A stretch of 64,000 bases of DNA, taken from contig OX597825.1 of the NCBI GenBank assembly GCA_951406725.2, forward strand, positions 1 to 64,000, read 5' to 3'. A program made the translations under genes and the position numbers. This document shows positions 63,574 through 64,000 of the stretch, piece after piece. How positions within the stretch are numbered: position 1 is the first letter of the stretch; every line of letters begins with the position of its first letter. Below the pieces are notes generated by a model. The model had not been told where the DNA came from. It ran no database searches and saw nothing but the letters and a program-made list of their open reading frames with translations. This DNA comes from Octopus vulgaris. Its lineage: Eukaryota.

Positions 63574-64000
63574 AGGCGGCGAGCTGGCAGAAACATTAGC
63601 ATGCCGAGCAAAATGCGTAGCCGTATTTCGTCTGCCGTTACGTTCTGAGTTTAAACTCCGCCGAGGTTGACTTTGCCTTTCATCCTTTTGGGATCGATTA
63701 AATAAGTACCAGTTACGCACTAGGGTCGATGTAATCAACTCAATCCGTTTGTCTGTCCTCTCTGTGTGTAGCCCCTTGTGGGTAGTAAGGAAATAGGCAT
63801 TTTGACTGCCTCTGAGTTCAAGTTCCGCCAAGGTTGACTTTGCTTTTAAGAAGAAGGGTATTTTGTCTGTCGTTATGTTCTGAGTTTAAATTCCGCCGAG
63901 GTCGATTTGGCCTTTCATCCTTTCGGGGTCGATAAATAAAGTACCAGTTTCGCACTGGGGTCGATGCAATCAACTTAATCCCTTTGTCTGTCCTTGTTTG
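63574..64000 (+). mobile_element. Cluster of tRNA-derived SINE copies (one full-length, two partial)
   Basis: ggcggcgagctggcagaa..., B-box-like gagttYaaaYtcc, conserved gcctttcatcctttYgggRtcgat. Confidence 0.8.

Overview
AT-rich, repeat-dominated animal genomic DNA. The SINE/RTE/LINE repertoire and huge (TA)n tracts suggest an octopus or other coleoid cephalopod; this is an inference, not a database result. Bases 1-10608 are the edge of a ~395-bp satellite array (~27 units). The rest is a mosaic of CR1-group LINEs, RTE LINEs, tRNA-derived SINEs, mariner/Tc1 remnants, MITE-like hairpins and a Penelope-like element (PLE). One host gene is recognisable: the first coding exon of CCDC124 (Lso2 homologue), minus strand, 32875-33033. 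The main hidden signal is a dense set of type I hammerhead ribozyme (HHR) motifs: 10 copies in 6 sequence contexts. They lie in the pseudo-LTRs of the PLE, in three non-coding partial-tandem 'retrozyme'-like families (units of 364, 363 and 565 bp; one has a non-canonical UUGANAA core), and in two solo remnants. Nearly all are embedded in (TA)n, and two element junctions fall at or beside the predicted self-cleavage site. All RNA structures were folded by eye and none has been tested.
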